DNA of 64,000 nucleotides from an uncultured Gemmatimonadales bacterium (GTDB lineage Bacteria; Gemmatimonadota; Gemmatimonadetes; Longimicrobiales; Longimicrobiaceae): NCBI GenBank assembly GCA_963716255.1, contig OY970303.1, positions 2,784,001 to 2,848,000 of the forward strand, read 5' to 3'. Shown piece by piece: positions 8,403 to 21,502 of this stretch (position 1 is its first letter; each line of letters starts with the position of its first letter). The notes under the pieces were generated by a model. It saw only the letters and a program-made list of their open reading frames with translations, ran no database searches and was not told where the DNA came from. The position numbers and the translations under genes were made by a program.

Positions 8403-10046
8403 ATGATCTGCATCCTGCACGGCTACCTGCTGGAAGGCTCGGGGAGCAACCTGTGGACGCGCTCCGTGGTGGAATCGCTCTGCCGGCAGGGCGAGACCGT
8501 GCACCTCATGGCGCAGGAGAACCACCCGGAGCGCTACGAGTTCATCGCCGAGGCGCGCCGCTACCTGCCGGACGGGACGGAGGAGGGCTTCTTCCGGCGG
8601 ACGAGCCCGCTCCCCGGGTGCTGCACGCTCCACAAGCCCGTGCTGGGCGAGGTGCTTCCGGTGTACGTGTGGGACCGCTACGAGGAGTTCAGCCGCCCCA
8701 CCGCCATGGTGGAGCTCTCCGACGCGCAGATCGAGGACTACCTGGAGCGCAACGTCCGCGCGCTGCTGCGCATCGTCCGGGAGAACGGCGTCACCTCCAT
8801 CCACGCCAACCACGCCGTGCTCATGCCCACGGTGGCGCAGCGGGTCGCCGAGGCCACCGGGGTGCCCTTCGCGGTGATGCCCCACGGGAGCGCGCTGGAG
8901 TACGCCGTCAAGCGCGACCCGCGCTTTCTGCGCCTGGCCACGGAGGCGTTCACGGCGGCGCGGCGCGTGTTCGTGCACGGCGAGGAGATGCGACAGCGGG
9001 TGCGCGACTCGCTCCCCGGCGTGCCCGGGCTGGAGGCCAGGTTCTCGGACCTGCACCTGGGGGTGGACACGCGCAGCTTCGAGCCGGTGGAGCGCGCGGG
9101 GCGGCGCGCCAGCATCGCCCGGCTGGAGGCGGCGCTCTCGGGACTGCCGCGCGGGCGGACGCCGGCGCAGACGCAGGGGATGCTCGCCCGGCTGCGCGGG
9201 GACATGGACACGGCGCAGCTGCGGGAGGCGTTCGCGCCGGCGCAGCGGTTCGACGGCAAGACGCCGGACGCGGAGCTGGAGGCCCGCCTGGGCGCGGTGA
9301 GCTGGGAGGACGACGCGACGCTGCTGTACGTGGGGCGGCTGATCTCCACCAAGGGGATCCAGGGGATCGTGGCCGCCCTGCCGCTGCTGCTGGAGCGCCG
9401 CCCCGACCTGCGGCTGCTGGTGGTGGGGCACGGCCCCCTGCGCGAGCCGCTGGAGGCGATGCTCTGGGCGCTGGAGCACGGCGAGCGGGCCCTGGTGGAG
9501 CGCATCGTGGCGGAGGGGCGGGAGCTGGAGGGGACACCGCAGGGCGACACCGGGGGCGCGGAGCTGACCATGGTCGCCCGCTTCCTGGAGCAGCTGGGGG
9601 CGCGCGGCGAGCTGGACGCGTACTACGCGGCGGCGCGCGAGCGGGTGCGGCCGGACCGGGTGGTGTTCACCGGCTACCTGACCCACCGGGAGCTCCGCTA
9701 TCTTTTCCCCTGCTGCGACGCGGCGGTGTTCCCCTCGGTGGTGCGGGAGGCGGGGCCGCTGGTGTTCCTGGAGGCGCTGGCCTCCGGGGCCTTTCCCCTG
9801 GGCACCTACTTCGGGGGGATGAAGGCGAGCATCGACTCGGTGGCCGAGGTCCTCCCGCCGGGCGAGGCGGAGGCCATGAAGCTGTCCGCCGCGGCGGACC
9901 GCACCGTGGCGGACATCGTCGCCAACGTGCCCCCCGCGCTGGAGCTGGGGGAGCGCCACCGCGAGGCGCTCTTCCGCCTGGCGCGGGAGCGCTACGACTG
10001 GGCCAGCGTCACCCGCAAGCTTTCCCACGAGCTGAACGCGCTTTGA
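8403..10046 (+). CDS. Glycosyltransferase family 4
   Basis: LLYVGRLISTKG, LLVVGHGP, VFPSVVREAGPLVFLEALASG, RYDW. Confidence 0.9.
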   Translation: MICILHGYLLEGSGSNLWTRSVVESLCRQGETVHLMAQENHPERYEFIAEARRYLPDGTEEGFFRRTSPLPGCCTLHKPVLGEVLPVYVWDRYEEFSRPTAMVELSDAQIEDYLERNVRALLRIVRENGVTSIHANHAVLMPTVAQRVAEATGVPFAVMPHGSALEYAVKRDPRFLRLATEAFTAARRVFVHGEEMRQRVRDSLPGVPGLEARFSDLHLGVDTRSFEPVERAGRRASIARLEAALSGLPRGRTPAQTQGMLARLRGDMDTAQLREAFAPAQRFDGKTPDAELEARLGAVSWEDDATLLYVGRLISTKGIQGIVAALPLLLERRPDLRLLVVGHGPLREPLEAMLWALEHGERALVERIVAEGRELEGTPQGDTGGAELTMVARFLEQLGARGELDAYYAAARERVRPDRVVFTGYLTHRELRYLFPCCDAAVFPSVVREAGPLVFLEALASGAFPLGTYFGGMKASIDSVAEVLPPGEAEAMKLSAAADRTVADIVANVPPALELGERHREALFRLARERYDWASVTRKLSHELNAL

Positions 10047-10831
10047 CCGAACCGGACGCATCCCCGCCGCCCCCCGCCGACTTCCCCGCCGACGCCATCG
10101 TGGTGCTGGGCGGCGGCGTCCTCCCCGACGGTACCCTCCCCGTGGTCCCCCGGACCCGCGTGGAGCGGGCGGTGGAGCTGTTCCGCGGGGGCATCGCCCC
10201 GCGCATGGTACTGTCCGGTCGGTGTGGGCTGATGGACCCGGAGCCGCTGGTGACCGAGGCCGCGGCCATGGCGGCGTACGCCATGGAGCTGGGGGTGCCG
10301 CGGGAGGCGCTGCTCCTGGAGGAGGGGTCCAAGGACACGCTGGGGAACGCATACTTCACCCGGGCGCACTTCCTGGAGCCCAACGGCTGGACCTCGGTGC
10401 GCGTGGTCACCTCGGACTTCCACCTGTCGCGCGCGGCCTGGGTGTTCCGCAAGGTGCTGGGGGGGACGTACGACTTCTCCTTCGTGTCCGCGGCGTCCGG
10501 CCTGTCGCCGCGGGAGATGATCGACCGGGCGGTGGAGGAGTGCCGCATCCTCATCTTCCTCAACGAGTGGCTGCAGGCGCTGGAGGAGGCGGACGAGCAC
10601 GCCCTGGAACGGCTGATGGAGCACGAGCACCCCGGCTACTCCGGCGCGCCGCTGCTCACGCACGACGAGATGCAGCGGCGGCTGGACGAGATCTCCAAGA
10701 TCACCCGCATCGCGGGCGGCGAGGGGTGGATCGCGGCCGGCGGCGGCCCCGGTGACTGGGACGGGGTGGTGGAGCGCCGGGGCGCCGCGGACCGGCGCGC
10801 CCGACGGGCGATCTCCGCGGGGAGGCGGTAG
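10043..10831 (+). CDS. YdcF/DUF218 family protein
   Basis: DAIVVLGGG, SG, TEAAAM, LLEEGSKDTLGNA, VVTSDFHLSRA; TTG start overlaps the GT4 stop. Confidence 0.9.
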   Translation: MTEPDASPPPPADFPADAIVVLGGGVLPDGTLPVVPRTRVERAVELFRGGIAPRMVLSGRCGLMDPEPLVTEAAAMAAYAMELGVPREALLLEEGSKDTLGNAYFTRAHFLEPNGWTSVRVVTSDFHLSRAAWVFRKVLGGTYDFSFVSAASGLSPREMIDRAVEECRILIFLNEWLQALEEADEHALERLMEHEHPGYSGAPLLTHDEMQRRLDEISKITRIAGGEGWIAAGGGPGDWDGVVERRGAADRRARRAISAGRR

Positions 10832-10855
10832 ACCAGGCACGCATGCGGACGAACC

Positions 10856-11785
10856 CTACAGGGTGAGCGACCCCTCCCCGAAGGGCCAGAACTCCTTGCA
10901 CTGGAGCGGCCGCCAGTCGTCGTACAGCCACACCAGCCGCGGCTTCAGGGGGTCCTTCGTCTCTTCCTTGCGGAAGAAGCTCCCGCAGAGCAGCCGCTGG
11001 TAGTAGAAGTGCCAGTAGCCGTAGCTGCGCACCCCGAACACGGTCCCCTTGGCCACCTCGAACTTGACGATCCCGCCGCCGTCGCTGAACCCCTTCACCC
11101 CCTTGTCGGCCAGGATCTTCTCGAGGTACCGCTTCTCGTCCTGCTCCCCGCTGGGCCGCCCGAGCAGGCTCTGGTACGCGTGCTGGTTGATGCTCTTGGG
11201 GTGCAGCAGCCCCTTGCGGTTGCTCTCGCCCACCTTGTCGTGCTGCGCGCTCATGGCCTTGTAGGCCTGCTCCATGACGACGACCTTCGCCTCGATGTAG
11301 ATCTTGGCGAGGTCCTCGCGCACGCTCCGGTCGCCGGCCGGGCTCCCCAGGAAGCTGACGACGTTGGAGTGGTAGACGGTGGGGTTCTCGGGCGGCCCCT
11401 CCACCGTGACCATGCACCCCTGGAGGTTGTCGGTGAAGAACACGTCGGGCTCGCGGGGGACCGGCTGGTGCTTGCTGGGCTTGAGCGTGACGCGGACCAC
11501 CTGGTCCTCGGCCCAGGGGAGGTAGTAGATGGGGAAGGAGGTGGGGGTGTCCGTGTCGGGGGGGTGCCCGGAAATACCCACCGTGCAGGTCCGCCCCGTG
11601 CCCACGGTGAGCGTGGCCTGCGTCACCCTGCACGATCCCGGCACCTGCGCGAAGTTGGCGATGTGCTTCGGCGCGCCGACCACCGCTTTGTCCTTGAGCT
11701 CGGGCACGATCCCGCGCTGGAGCAGGAACGCGTACTTGCTCCCGCATCCCTCCGGGTCGCGCAGCAGCTTGTCTCGGGTGATCAT
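10856..11785 (-). CDS. Hypothetical protein with CNF1/BLF1-like deamidase motif
   Basis: FFTDNLQGC-X14-H, similar to the CNF1 NLSGC...H catalytic arrangement. Confidence 0.55.
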   Translation of the reverse strand: MITRDKLLRDPEGCGSKYAFLLQRGIVPELKDKAVVGAPKHIANFAQVPGSCRVTQATLTVGTGRTCTVGISGHPPDTDTPTSFPIYYLPWAEDQVVRVTLKPSKHQPVPREPDVFFTDNLQGCMVTVEGPPENPTVYHSNVVSFLGSPAGDRSVREDLAKIYIEAKVVVMEQAYKAMSAQHDKVGESNRKGLLHPKSINQHAYQSLLGRPSGEQDEKRYLEKILADKGVKGFSDGGGIVKFEVAKGTVFGVRSYGYWHFYYQRLLCGSFFRKEETKDPLKPRLVWLYDDWRPLQCKEFWPFGEGSLTL

Positions 11786-11912
11786 GCGTCGGTTCCGTCG
11801 GGCACGGGGATCCGCGTGAAGGAGCGTTCCGGGGGCGCTCCAAGCTAGCGCCGGCGCGGGATCCCGGCAAAAAGGCCTGATCCCCGCGCTCCTTCCGGCG
11901 GCCTCGGCGCCG

Positions 11913-12713
11913 TCAGGGCGCCTCGCCGGTCTCCAGCAGCGTCTTGAGGCCCGCCAGGATCTCGGGCCAGCCGCCGGTCTCGCTCTTCCGGCCGCTCACG
12001 GCCCGCAGCATCTCGGTGTCGCTCTCGAATCCGTCGTGGATCACCGTCAGCTTCACCATCGACCTCACCGGCTCGATCTCGAAGGTCACCTTCGTCAGCT
12101 TCTCCTTCACCAGCTCCGCGAAATACTCCTCGCTCCAGCCGAAGAACGCCTGGTGCCCGGGCTGGTAGTTGTGCCAGCTGTACGACAGCCGCCTGCCCGG
12201 CTCGGCCTCCAGCACCACCATACCCAGGTCGCGCGCCTCGCCGCCGGGCTCGTCCTGCCACAGCACCGGCGATCCCGGCTTCCAGTCCGACACGAGCCCG
12301 GCGCCCCAGTACCGGTGCGTGAAGGCGGGATCGGTGAGCGCCCGCCACAGCGCCTCCGGCGTGGTGCGGATGTAGGTCGCGTACACGAACTCGCTCGCGC
12401 GCATGGCTCCCTCCTCCAGGGCTCGTTTCAGGTCGGCGAGCGCCCGCGCCCGCTCGCGGTGGTACCGGCCGATCCAGCGGTCCGCCACGTCGTGGATCGG
12501 CGCGGCGTTCAGGTAGTGGAGCTTTTCCCGGCCCTGCCGCGCCGTCGTCACCAGGCCGGCGGCCTCCAGCACCGCCAGGTGCTTGGTCACCGACTGGCGC
12601 GCCATGTCCAGCCCCGCGCACAGCTCGCGCAGGGTCTGGCCGCCGCGGGCGTTCAGACGGTCGAGAAGCAGCCGCCGCGAAGGGTCGGCCAGCGCCCTGA
12701 AGATGTCGTCCAT
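11913..12713 (-). CDS. ArsR-family regulator fused to SRPBCC (AHSA1-like) domain
   Basis: FRALADPSRR..L...HLAVLEAAGLV...GREKLHYLN followed by YATYIRTTPEALWRALTDP...GWPEILAGLKTLLETG. Confidence 0.92.
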   Translation of the reverse strand: MDDIFRALADPSRRLLLDRLNARGGQTLRELCAGLDMARQSVTKHLAVLEAAGLVTTARQGREKLHYLNAAPIHDVADRWIGRYHRERARALADLKRALEEGAMRASEFVYATYIRTTPEALWRALTDPAFTHRYWGAGLVSDWKPGSPVLWQDEPGGEARDLGMVVLEAEPGRRLSYSWHNYQPGHQAFFGWSEEYFAELVKEKLTKVTFEIEPVRSMVKLTVIHDGFESDTEMLRAVSGRKSETGGWPEILAGLKTLLETGEAP

Positions 12714-12728
12714 CGCGGCCCCCGGATC

Positions 12729-12783
12729 ATGCAGCCGCCAGGCTGCCTTTTACAGGATACGCAGCCGCACGGATGCACGTCAA
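12729..12783 (-). promoter_or_regulatory. arsR promoter (TTGACG-N18-TATCCT) with two GCAGCC..GGCTGC-type palindromes
   Basis: GCAGCCGCCAGGCTGC at ~12731 and GCAGCCGCACGGATGC at ~12761 flank the -10 box. Confidence 0.55.
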
Positions 12784-12808
12784 CCCCGCCGGCTCCAGCG
12801 CTCACCCC

Positions 12809-12956
12809 GCGTGAGGGATTTCGGCCCGTTTGAAGGGGCGCGAGTATCGCCGCGGGCAGTTTCGCGGGGCTCGACTCCGCTGGCGAGCGTTGTTTGCTCG
12901 CCTACGGAGCCGAAGCCCACGGAACGCCCGGCGCAAGCCGGGGGCACGCCCGAACC
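12809..12956 (+). repeat. Structured ~135-nt intergenic repeat, family A, copy 1 (diverged)
   Basis: GCGTGAGGGATT...CTCGACTCCG...ACGGAGCCGAAGCCC...GGGGGCACGCCCGAACC, shared with six other loci. Confidence 0.9.
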
Positions 12957-12972
12957 CTTCCGTCCAGACAAA

Positions 12973-14472
12973 CTACCTCAGCCGCTCGCCGTCCGGGCTC
13001 CACACCTCTACCGCGCCCAGGTTGAGCGCGCGGATGGGCGCCTCGATGGCCGCCAGGTCGCCGGCCACCACGAGGGTGAGGGCGTCGGGGTCCAGGCGGC
13101 GCGCGGCCAGCTCGGCGGCCCCGGCGGGGGTGACGGCGGCCAGGCGCTCGCGATAGGTGGCGTAGTAGTCCAGCGGCAGGCCGTAGACGATCGCGGTCTG
13201 CATGCGCCCGGCGAGCCCCTGCACCGTCTGCACCGAGGCGGGAAAGCTCCCCACCAGGTTGCCGAGCGCCCCCTGCATCTCCTCGCCGGGGACCGTGTCG
13301 CGGGCGAGGCGGCGGAGCTCGCGCACCGACTCCACCAGCGCCGAGTCCGTGGCGCTGGTGCGCACCGACGACGAGATCACCATGGTTCCCGTGCCGGACA
13401 GCGCGGACAGCGTGGCGAAGGCGCCGTACGTCCAGCCGTGCCGCTCGCGCAGGTTCTGGTTGACGCGGGCGTTGAAGGCGCCGCCCAGGACCTGGGTCAG
13501 CGCGGTCATGCGGAAGAAGTCCGGGTCGTCCGCCCCCACCGCCCCCTGCCCCACGCGGATCGCCGACTGCACCGAGCCGGGGCGGTCCAGCAGGATCACC
13601 CGCGTCCCCCGCACCGGCCGCAGCGCGCTCGCGGGCGCGGGGGTGGGCCGCGCCGGGGCGCTCCACCCGCCGAACGCCTCCGTGGCCAGCCGCCGCGCCT
13701 CGCCCTCGTCCAGGTCCCCCACAAGGAGCAGCGTGGTGGTCGCCGGGCCGTAGCGGGCGCGGTGCCACCCGGCCACGTCCGCGCGGGTGAGCGACCGCAG
13801 CGTGGCCGCGGTCCCGCCGGAGGGGCGGCCGTACGGCGCCCCCGCCGCGTACACCGCGCGGGCGAAGTTCTCGGTGGCCAGCCCCTCCGCCGTGGCGCGG
13901 CCCTGCAGGAAGGTGGCGACCGCCTGGCCGCGGATCCGCTCGAACTCGGCCGCGGGAAAGGCGGGCTCGGTGACGGTGGATGCGGCGAGGCGCATGGCCT
14001 CCGGGAACGCGCTCTTCAGCGCGGTGACGGTGACGCCCGCGGAGGTGGCGCCGCCGCTCGCCTGGAACTCGGCGCCCAGCCGCTCCATGCGCTCCGCGAG
14101 CTGCGAGCCGGTGAGCCGGCGCGACCCCTCGGCCAGCAGCGAGGCGGTGAGCCCCGCCAGCCCGGCCTTCGCCGCGGGCTCGTGCACGGAGCCGGCGTCC
14201 ACGATGACGCGCGCCGTCACCAGCGGCATCCCCGTCTGGCGCACCGCCACCACGCGCAGCCCGTTGGGGAGGGTGAGCTCCTCCACGGGAGGGAGCCGGT
14301 AGGGGCGGAGCGGCCCGGGGGCGGGGGGGCGCTGCCAGGCGGGCGCCGTGTCCGCAGGAACGGGCGCGGCGGCAGCGGCGGGCGCCGGCGCGGGCGCCGC
14401 CACCGGGGCGGGGGCGCACGCCGCGCAGGCGAGCGCGAGGGCCGCGAGGGGGAGCGAGGATCGCCGGGTCAT
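12973..14472 (-). CDS. M16 family peptidase, non-catalytic subunit (lipoprotein)
   Basis: LPNGLRV, GLAGLTASLL.EG, LGGAFNARVNQNLRERHGWTYG; lacks HXXEH. Confidence 0.9.
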   Translation of the reverse strand: MTRRSSLPLAALALACAACAPAPVAAPAPAPAAAAAPVPADTAPAWQRPPAPGPLRPYRLPPVEELTLPNGLRVVAVRQTGMPLVTARVIVDAGSVHEPAAKAGLAGLTASLLAEGSRRLTGSQLAERMERLGAEFQASGGATSAGVTVTALKSAFPEAMRLAASTVTEPAFPAAEFERIRGQAVATFLQGRATAEGLATENFARAVYAAGAPYGRPSGGTAATLRSLTRADVAGWHRARYGPATTTLLLVGDLDEGEARRLATEAFGGWSAPARPTPAPASALRPVRGTRVILLDRPGSVQSAIRVGQGAVGADDPDFFRMTALTQVLGGAFNARVNQNLRERHGWTYGAFATLSALSGTGTMVISSSVRTSATDSALVESVRELRRLARDTVPGEEMQGALGNLVGSFPASVQTVQGLAGRMQTAIVYGLPLDYYATYRERLAAVTPAGAAELAARRLDPDALTLVVAGDLAAIEAPIRALNLGAVEVWSPDGERLR

Positions 14473-15875
14473 GGCCGCGCGGGAGTGGGGGTGGCAGCGG
14501 TGCGGGGGACGAACACCAGGGTGACGCGGTTCTCGGGGACCAGGCGCTCCGCGGCGAGCTCACGGAGGCCCGCGACGGTCACCGCGTCCACCTCCGCCAG
14601 GCGCCGGTTCACCCACCCCGCGTCGCGGTGCACGGTCCACCCCTCCGCCAACAGGTCCGCGCGGCCGCCGAATCCGCCCAGCCCCTGCAGCTGGTCCACC
14701 ATCCGGAAGCGGGCCGCGGCCCTGACGCGCTGCAGCCCGGCCTCGTCGATCCGCCCGGCGATCCCCTCCATCTCGGCCAGGAGGGCGCGCTCCAGCGCTT
14801 CCGGGTCGCCGCCCGGCTTGCCGACGGCGCCCACCACCAGCAGGTCCGCGCCGTCAGCGTGGTCGAAGTTGAAGGAGAACACGCTGGTGGCCACCTGCCG
14901 GCCCCGCACCAGCGCCTGGTCGAGCGGGCTGGTGCGCCCGTCGGCCAGGTAGCCGGCCAGCGTCGCGACCGCGGCGCTGCGGGGGTCGCGGGCCGCGGGC
15001 ACCCGGAAGCCCAGGTACACCGCGGGGGCGGGGGCGCTGGCGTCCTGGATCACCTCGCGGACCGGCGCGCCGATCCGCGGCGGGAGCGAGGCGCCCTGCA
15101 GCGGCGGCGGGTCCTGGCCGCGGGGGATGGGGCCGAAGTAGCGGCGCACCAGGGCGCGGGTCGCCTCCACGTCCATGTCGCCCGCCACCACCAGCACGGC
15201 GTTGTTGGGGACGTAGTAGGTGTCGAAGAAGTCTCGCACCTCCTCCAGCCGGGCGTTGTCCAGGTCCGCCAGCGAGCCCACCACCGGGTGGTGATAGGGG
15301 TGCCCCTCCGGGTAGGCGTGCGCCAGCATCCGCTCCATCCAGCGCCCGTACGGCTGGTTGTCGATCCCCTGCCGGCGCTCGTTCTGCACCACCGCGCGCT
15401 GGTTGGCCAGCTTGCCCTCGTTGAGGACCTCGTCCAGCGTCGCCATGCGGTCGGCCTCCAGCCAGAGCGCCAGCTCCACCATGTGCGAGGGCACCTGCTG
15501 GAAGTAGTTGGTGCGGTCGCTGGAGGTGGTGCCGTTGATGTCCGCGCCGGCCCGGCCGCCCGCCGCCTCCAGGATGGCGAAGTGCTGCCCCTCCGGGACG
15601 TTGCGCGACCCGGTGAAGAGCATCAGGTGCTCGAACAGGTGCGCGAACCCGGTGCGCCCCGGCTGCTCGTGCTTGGAGCCCACGTCGTACCAGAGCATGG
15701 TGGACACCAGCGGGGTGGAGCGGTCCACGTGGTACACCACCTTGAGCCCGTTTGGGAGAGTCTCCTCGGTGTAGTCCAGGCGGACCGACTCGGCCGCGGG
15801 CGGCGCCTGCGACTGCGCGGCAAGGGCGAGCGGGAGCACGGCCGCGAGCGCGGCCGCGAGCAGCGGTGGTCTCAT
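14469..15875 (-). CDS. M16 family zinc peptidase, catalytic subunit
   Basis: WYDVGSKHE.PGRTGFAHLFEHLM (HXXEH); signal peptide. Confidence 0.93.
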   Translation of the reverse strand: MRPPLLAAALAAVLPLALAAQSQAPPAAESVRLDYTEETLPNGLKVVYHVDRSTPLVSTMLWYDVGSKHEQPGRTGFAHLFEHLMLFTGSRNVPEGQHFAILEAAGGRAGADINGTTSSDRTNYFQQVPSHMVELALWLEADRMATLDEVLNEGKLANQRAVVQNERRQGIDNQPYGRWMERMLAHAYPEGHPYHHPVVGSLADLDNARLEEVRDFFDTYYVPNNAVLVVAGDMDVEATRALVRRYFGPIPRGQDPPPLQGASLPPRIGAPVREVIQDASAPAPAVYLGFRVPAARDPRSAAVATLAGYLADGRTSPLDQALVRGRQVATSVFSFNFDHADGADLLVVGAVGKPGGDPEALERALLAEMEGIAGRIDEAGLQRVRAAARFRMVDQLQGLGGFGGRADLLAEGWTVHRDAGWVNRRLAEVDAVTVAGLRELAAERLVPENRVTLVFVPRTAATPTPARP

Positions 15876-16075
15876 GCGGTTCCTCTGCGGGACACGGGGG
15901 CGGGCGGGCCTCCCGGGACGTCCCGGCGGCGGCCGACGCTAGAATAGCGCGCCCGTCCGCGCGGTACAACGGCGACGCCCGGAAGGCCAGGCGGTTGTTT
16001 CCGCCGAACTCCCTGCGTACCTTCGCTGGTTCCGGCAAATCTTCCGCCGGGTGATCCGCGACCGCCGCACACACC

Positions 16076-20239
<4,164 letters not shown>

Positions 20240-20250
20240 ACAGCCTGGGA

Positions 20251-20382
20251 TTCGGGCGTGCCCCCGGCTGGCGCCGGGGTCGGGCTTCGGCTCCGTAGGG
20301 CTGCAAACAACGCAGCCCAACGGAGTCGAGCCCCGCGAAACTGCCCGCGGGTCTCGCCCCTTCGGGCCGAAATCCCTCACGC
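20251..20382 (-). repeat. Family A repeat, copy 2
   Basis: TTCGGGCGTGCCCCCGGCTGGCGCCGGGGTCGGGCTTCGGCTCCG...AATCCCTCACGC. Confidence 0.92.
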
Positions 20383-20406
20383 GACGGCAGGCCCCCTCCC
20401 CCCGGC

Positions 20407-20490
20407 CCCCTCTCCCAGAATCGGGAGAGGGTGGCGAGCCTCAAGCGAGCCGGGTGAGGGCCGCAGTTGTTCCCTGTTCCCTGTTCCCTG
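20407..20490 (-). repeat. REP-like family B palindrome plus (GGGAACA)n heptamers
   Basis: CCCTCTCCCAGAATCGGGAGAGGG-TGGCGAGCCTCAAGCGAGCCGGGTGAGGG then TGTTCCC x3; related at 41708-41804, 43845-43984, 45444-45475. Confidence 0.8.
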
Positions 20491-20499
20491 GCAGTCCCC

Positions 20500-21372
20500 A
20501 TGTCCGACTGGTGGATGTACGAGAATTCCGAGCGCCTTCCCTCCCGCGACGGGATCCGCGCGCGCAGCCAGCGCGGCGAGATCGGGGAGACGTGGTGGTC
20601 GCGGCGGTTCATCGCCGCGCTGCGCGAGGTCACCGACCCGTCGCGGCTCACCCGGGGGCGCAGCTACGCCCGCAGCGGGCAGGTCATGGAGCTGCGGGTG
20701 GCGCCCGGCGTGGTGACGGCGGCGGTGCAGGGGTCGCGGCCCGCGCCGTACCGCGTGCACATCGCGCTGCCGCCCTTCACGGACGGCGAGTGGGAGCGCG
20801 CCGAGGCGGCGCTGGCCGGGCAGGCGCTCTTCCTCGCCGCGCTGCTGGCCGGGGAGATGCCGCGCGACGTGGACGCGGCGTTCCAGGCCGCGGGGCTCTC
20901 GCTCTTCCCCACGCGGCCGGACGAGCTGGGCGCCAGCTGCACCTGCCCGGACCCCGCGAAGCCGTGCAAGCACATCGCCGCCACCCTCTACATCCTCGCC
21001 GAAGCCTTCGACGACGATCCCTTCCTGGTGCTCGCCTGGCGGGGGAGGCCGCGCGACGAGCTGCTGGCGCGGCTCCGCGCCCTCCGCGGCGCCGCGCCCC
21101 GGGACGCCGGAGACGCCGCGGCGCCGCCGGAGCCGCGGCGGTCCGGCGGCTTCTGGCACGCGGGGCCGGAGCTGGCGGCGCTGCACTTCGCGCCGCGGGC
21201 CGCGGAGGTGCCCGACGCGGTGCTGCGGCAGCTGGGGCCCCTCCCCCGCGTGGCCGGGGCCGAGCGGGTGGCGGAAGCGCTGGCGGAAGCGTACCGCGTC
21301 TTCACCGCCGCCGCCGAGCAGCGCGCCTTCGGGGACGGCGGCCCTGCCCCGGACGCGCCCCCCGCGGGGTGA
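20500..21372 (+). CDS. SWIM zinc-finger protein (SNF2 partner)
   Basis: RLTRGRSYARSG, VQGSR..PY.V, CTCPDPAKPCKH (CxC...CxH). Confidence 0.92.
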   Translation: MSDWWMYENSERLPSRDGIRARSQRGEIGETWWSRRFIAALREVTDPSRLTRGRSYARSGQVMELRVAPGVVTAAVQGSRPAPYRVHIALPPFTDGEWERAEAALAGQALFLAALLAGEMPRDVDAAFQAAGLSLFPTRPDELGASCTCPDPAKPCKHIAATLYILAEAFDDDPFLVLAWRGRPRDELLARLRALRGAAPRDAGDAAAPPEPRRSGGFWHAGPELAALHFAPRAAEVPDAVLRQLGPLPRVAGAERVAEALAEAYRVFTAAAEQRAFGDGGPAPDAPPAG

Positions 21373-21502
21373 CCCCGGGACGCGGCGGCGCGCCGCGGAC
21401 GCGGTCCGCACCGCTCCCGCACGGCTCGCCCCCGCCGGCTGTCCCCGCCGTGCCGGGGCGCGTACATTCCGCGCTTCCCGCACCCCCGGCCAGGCATCCC
21501 CC

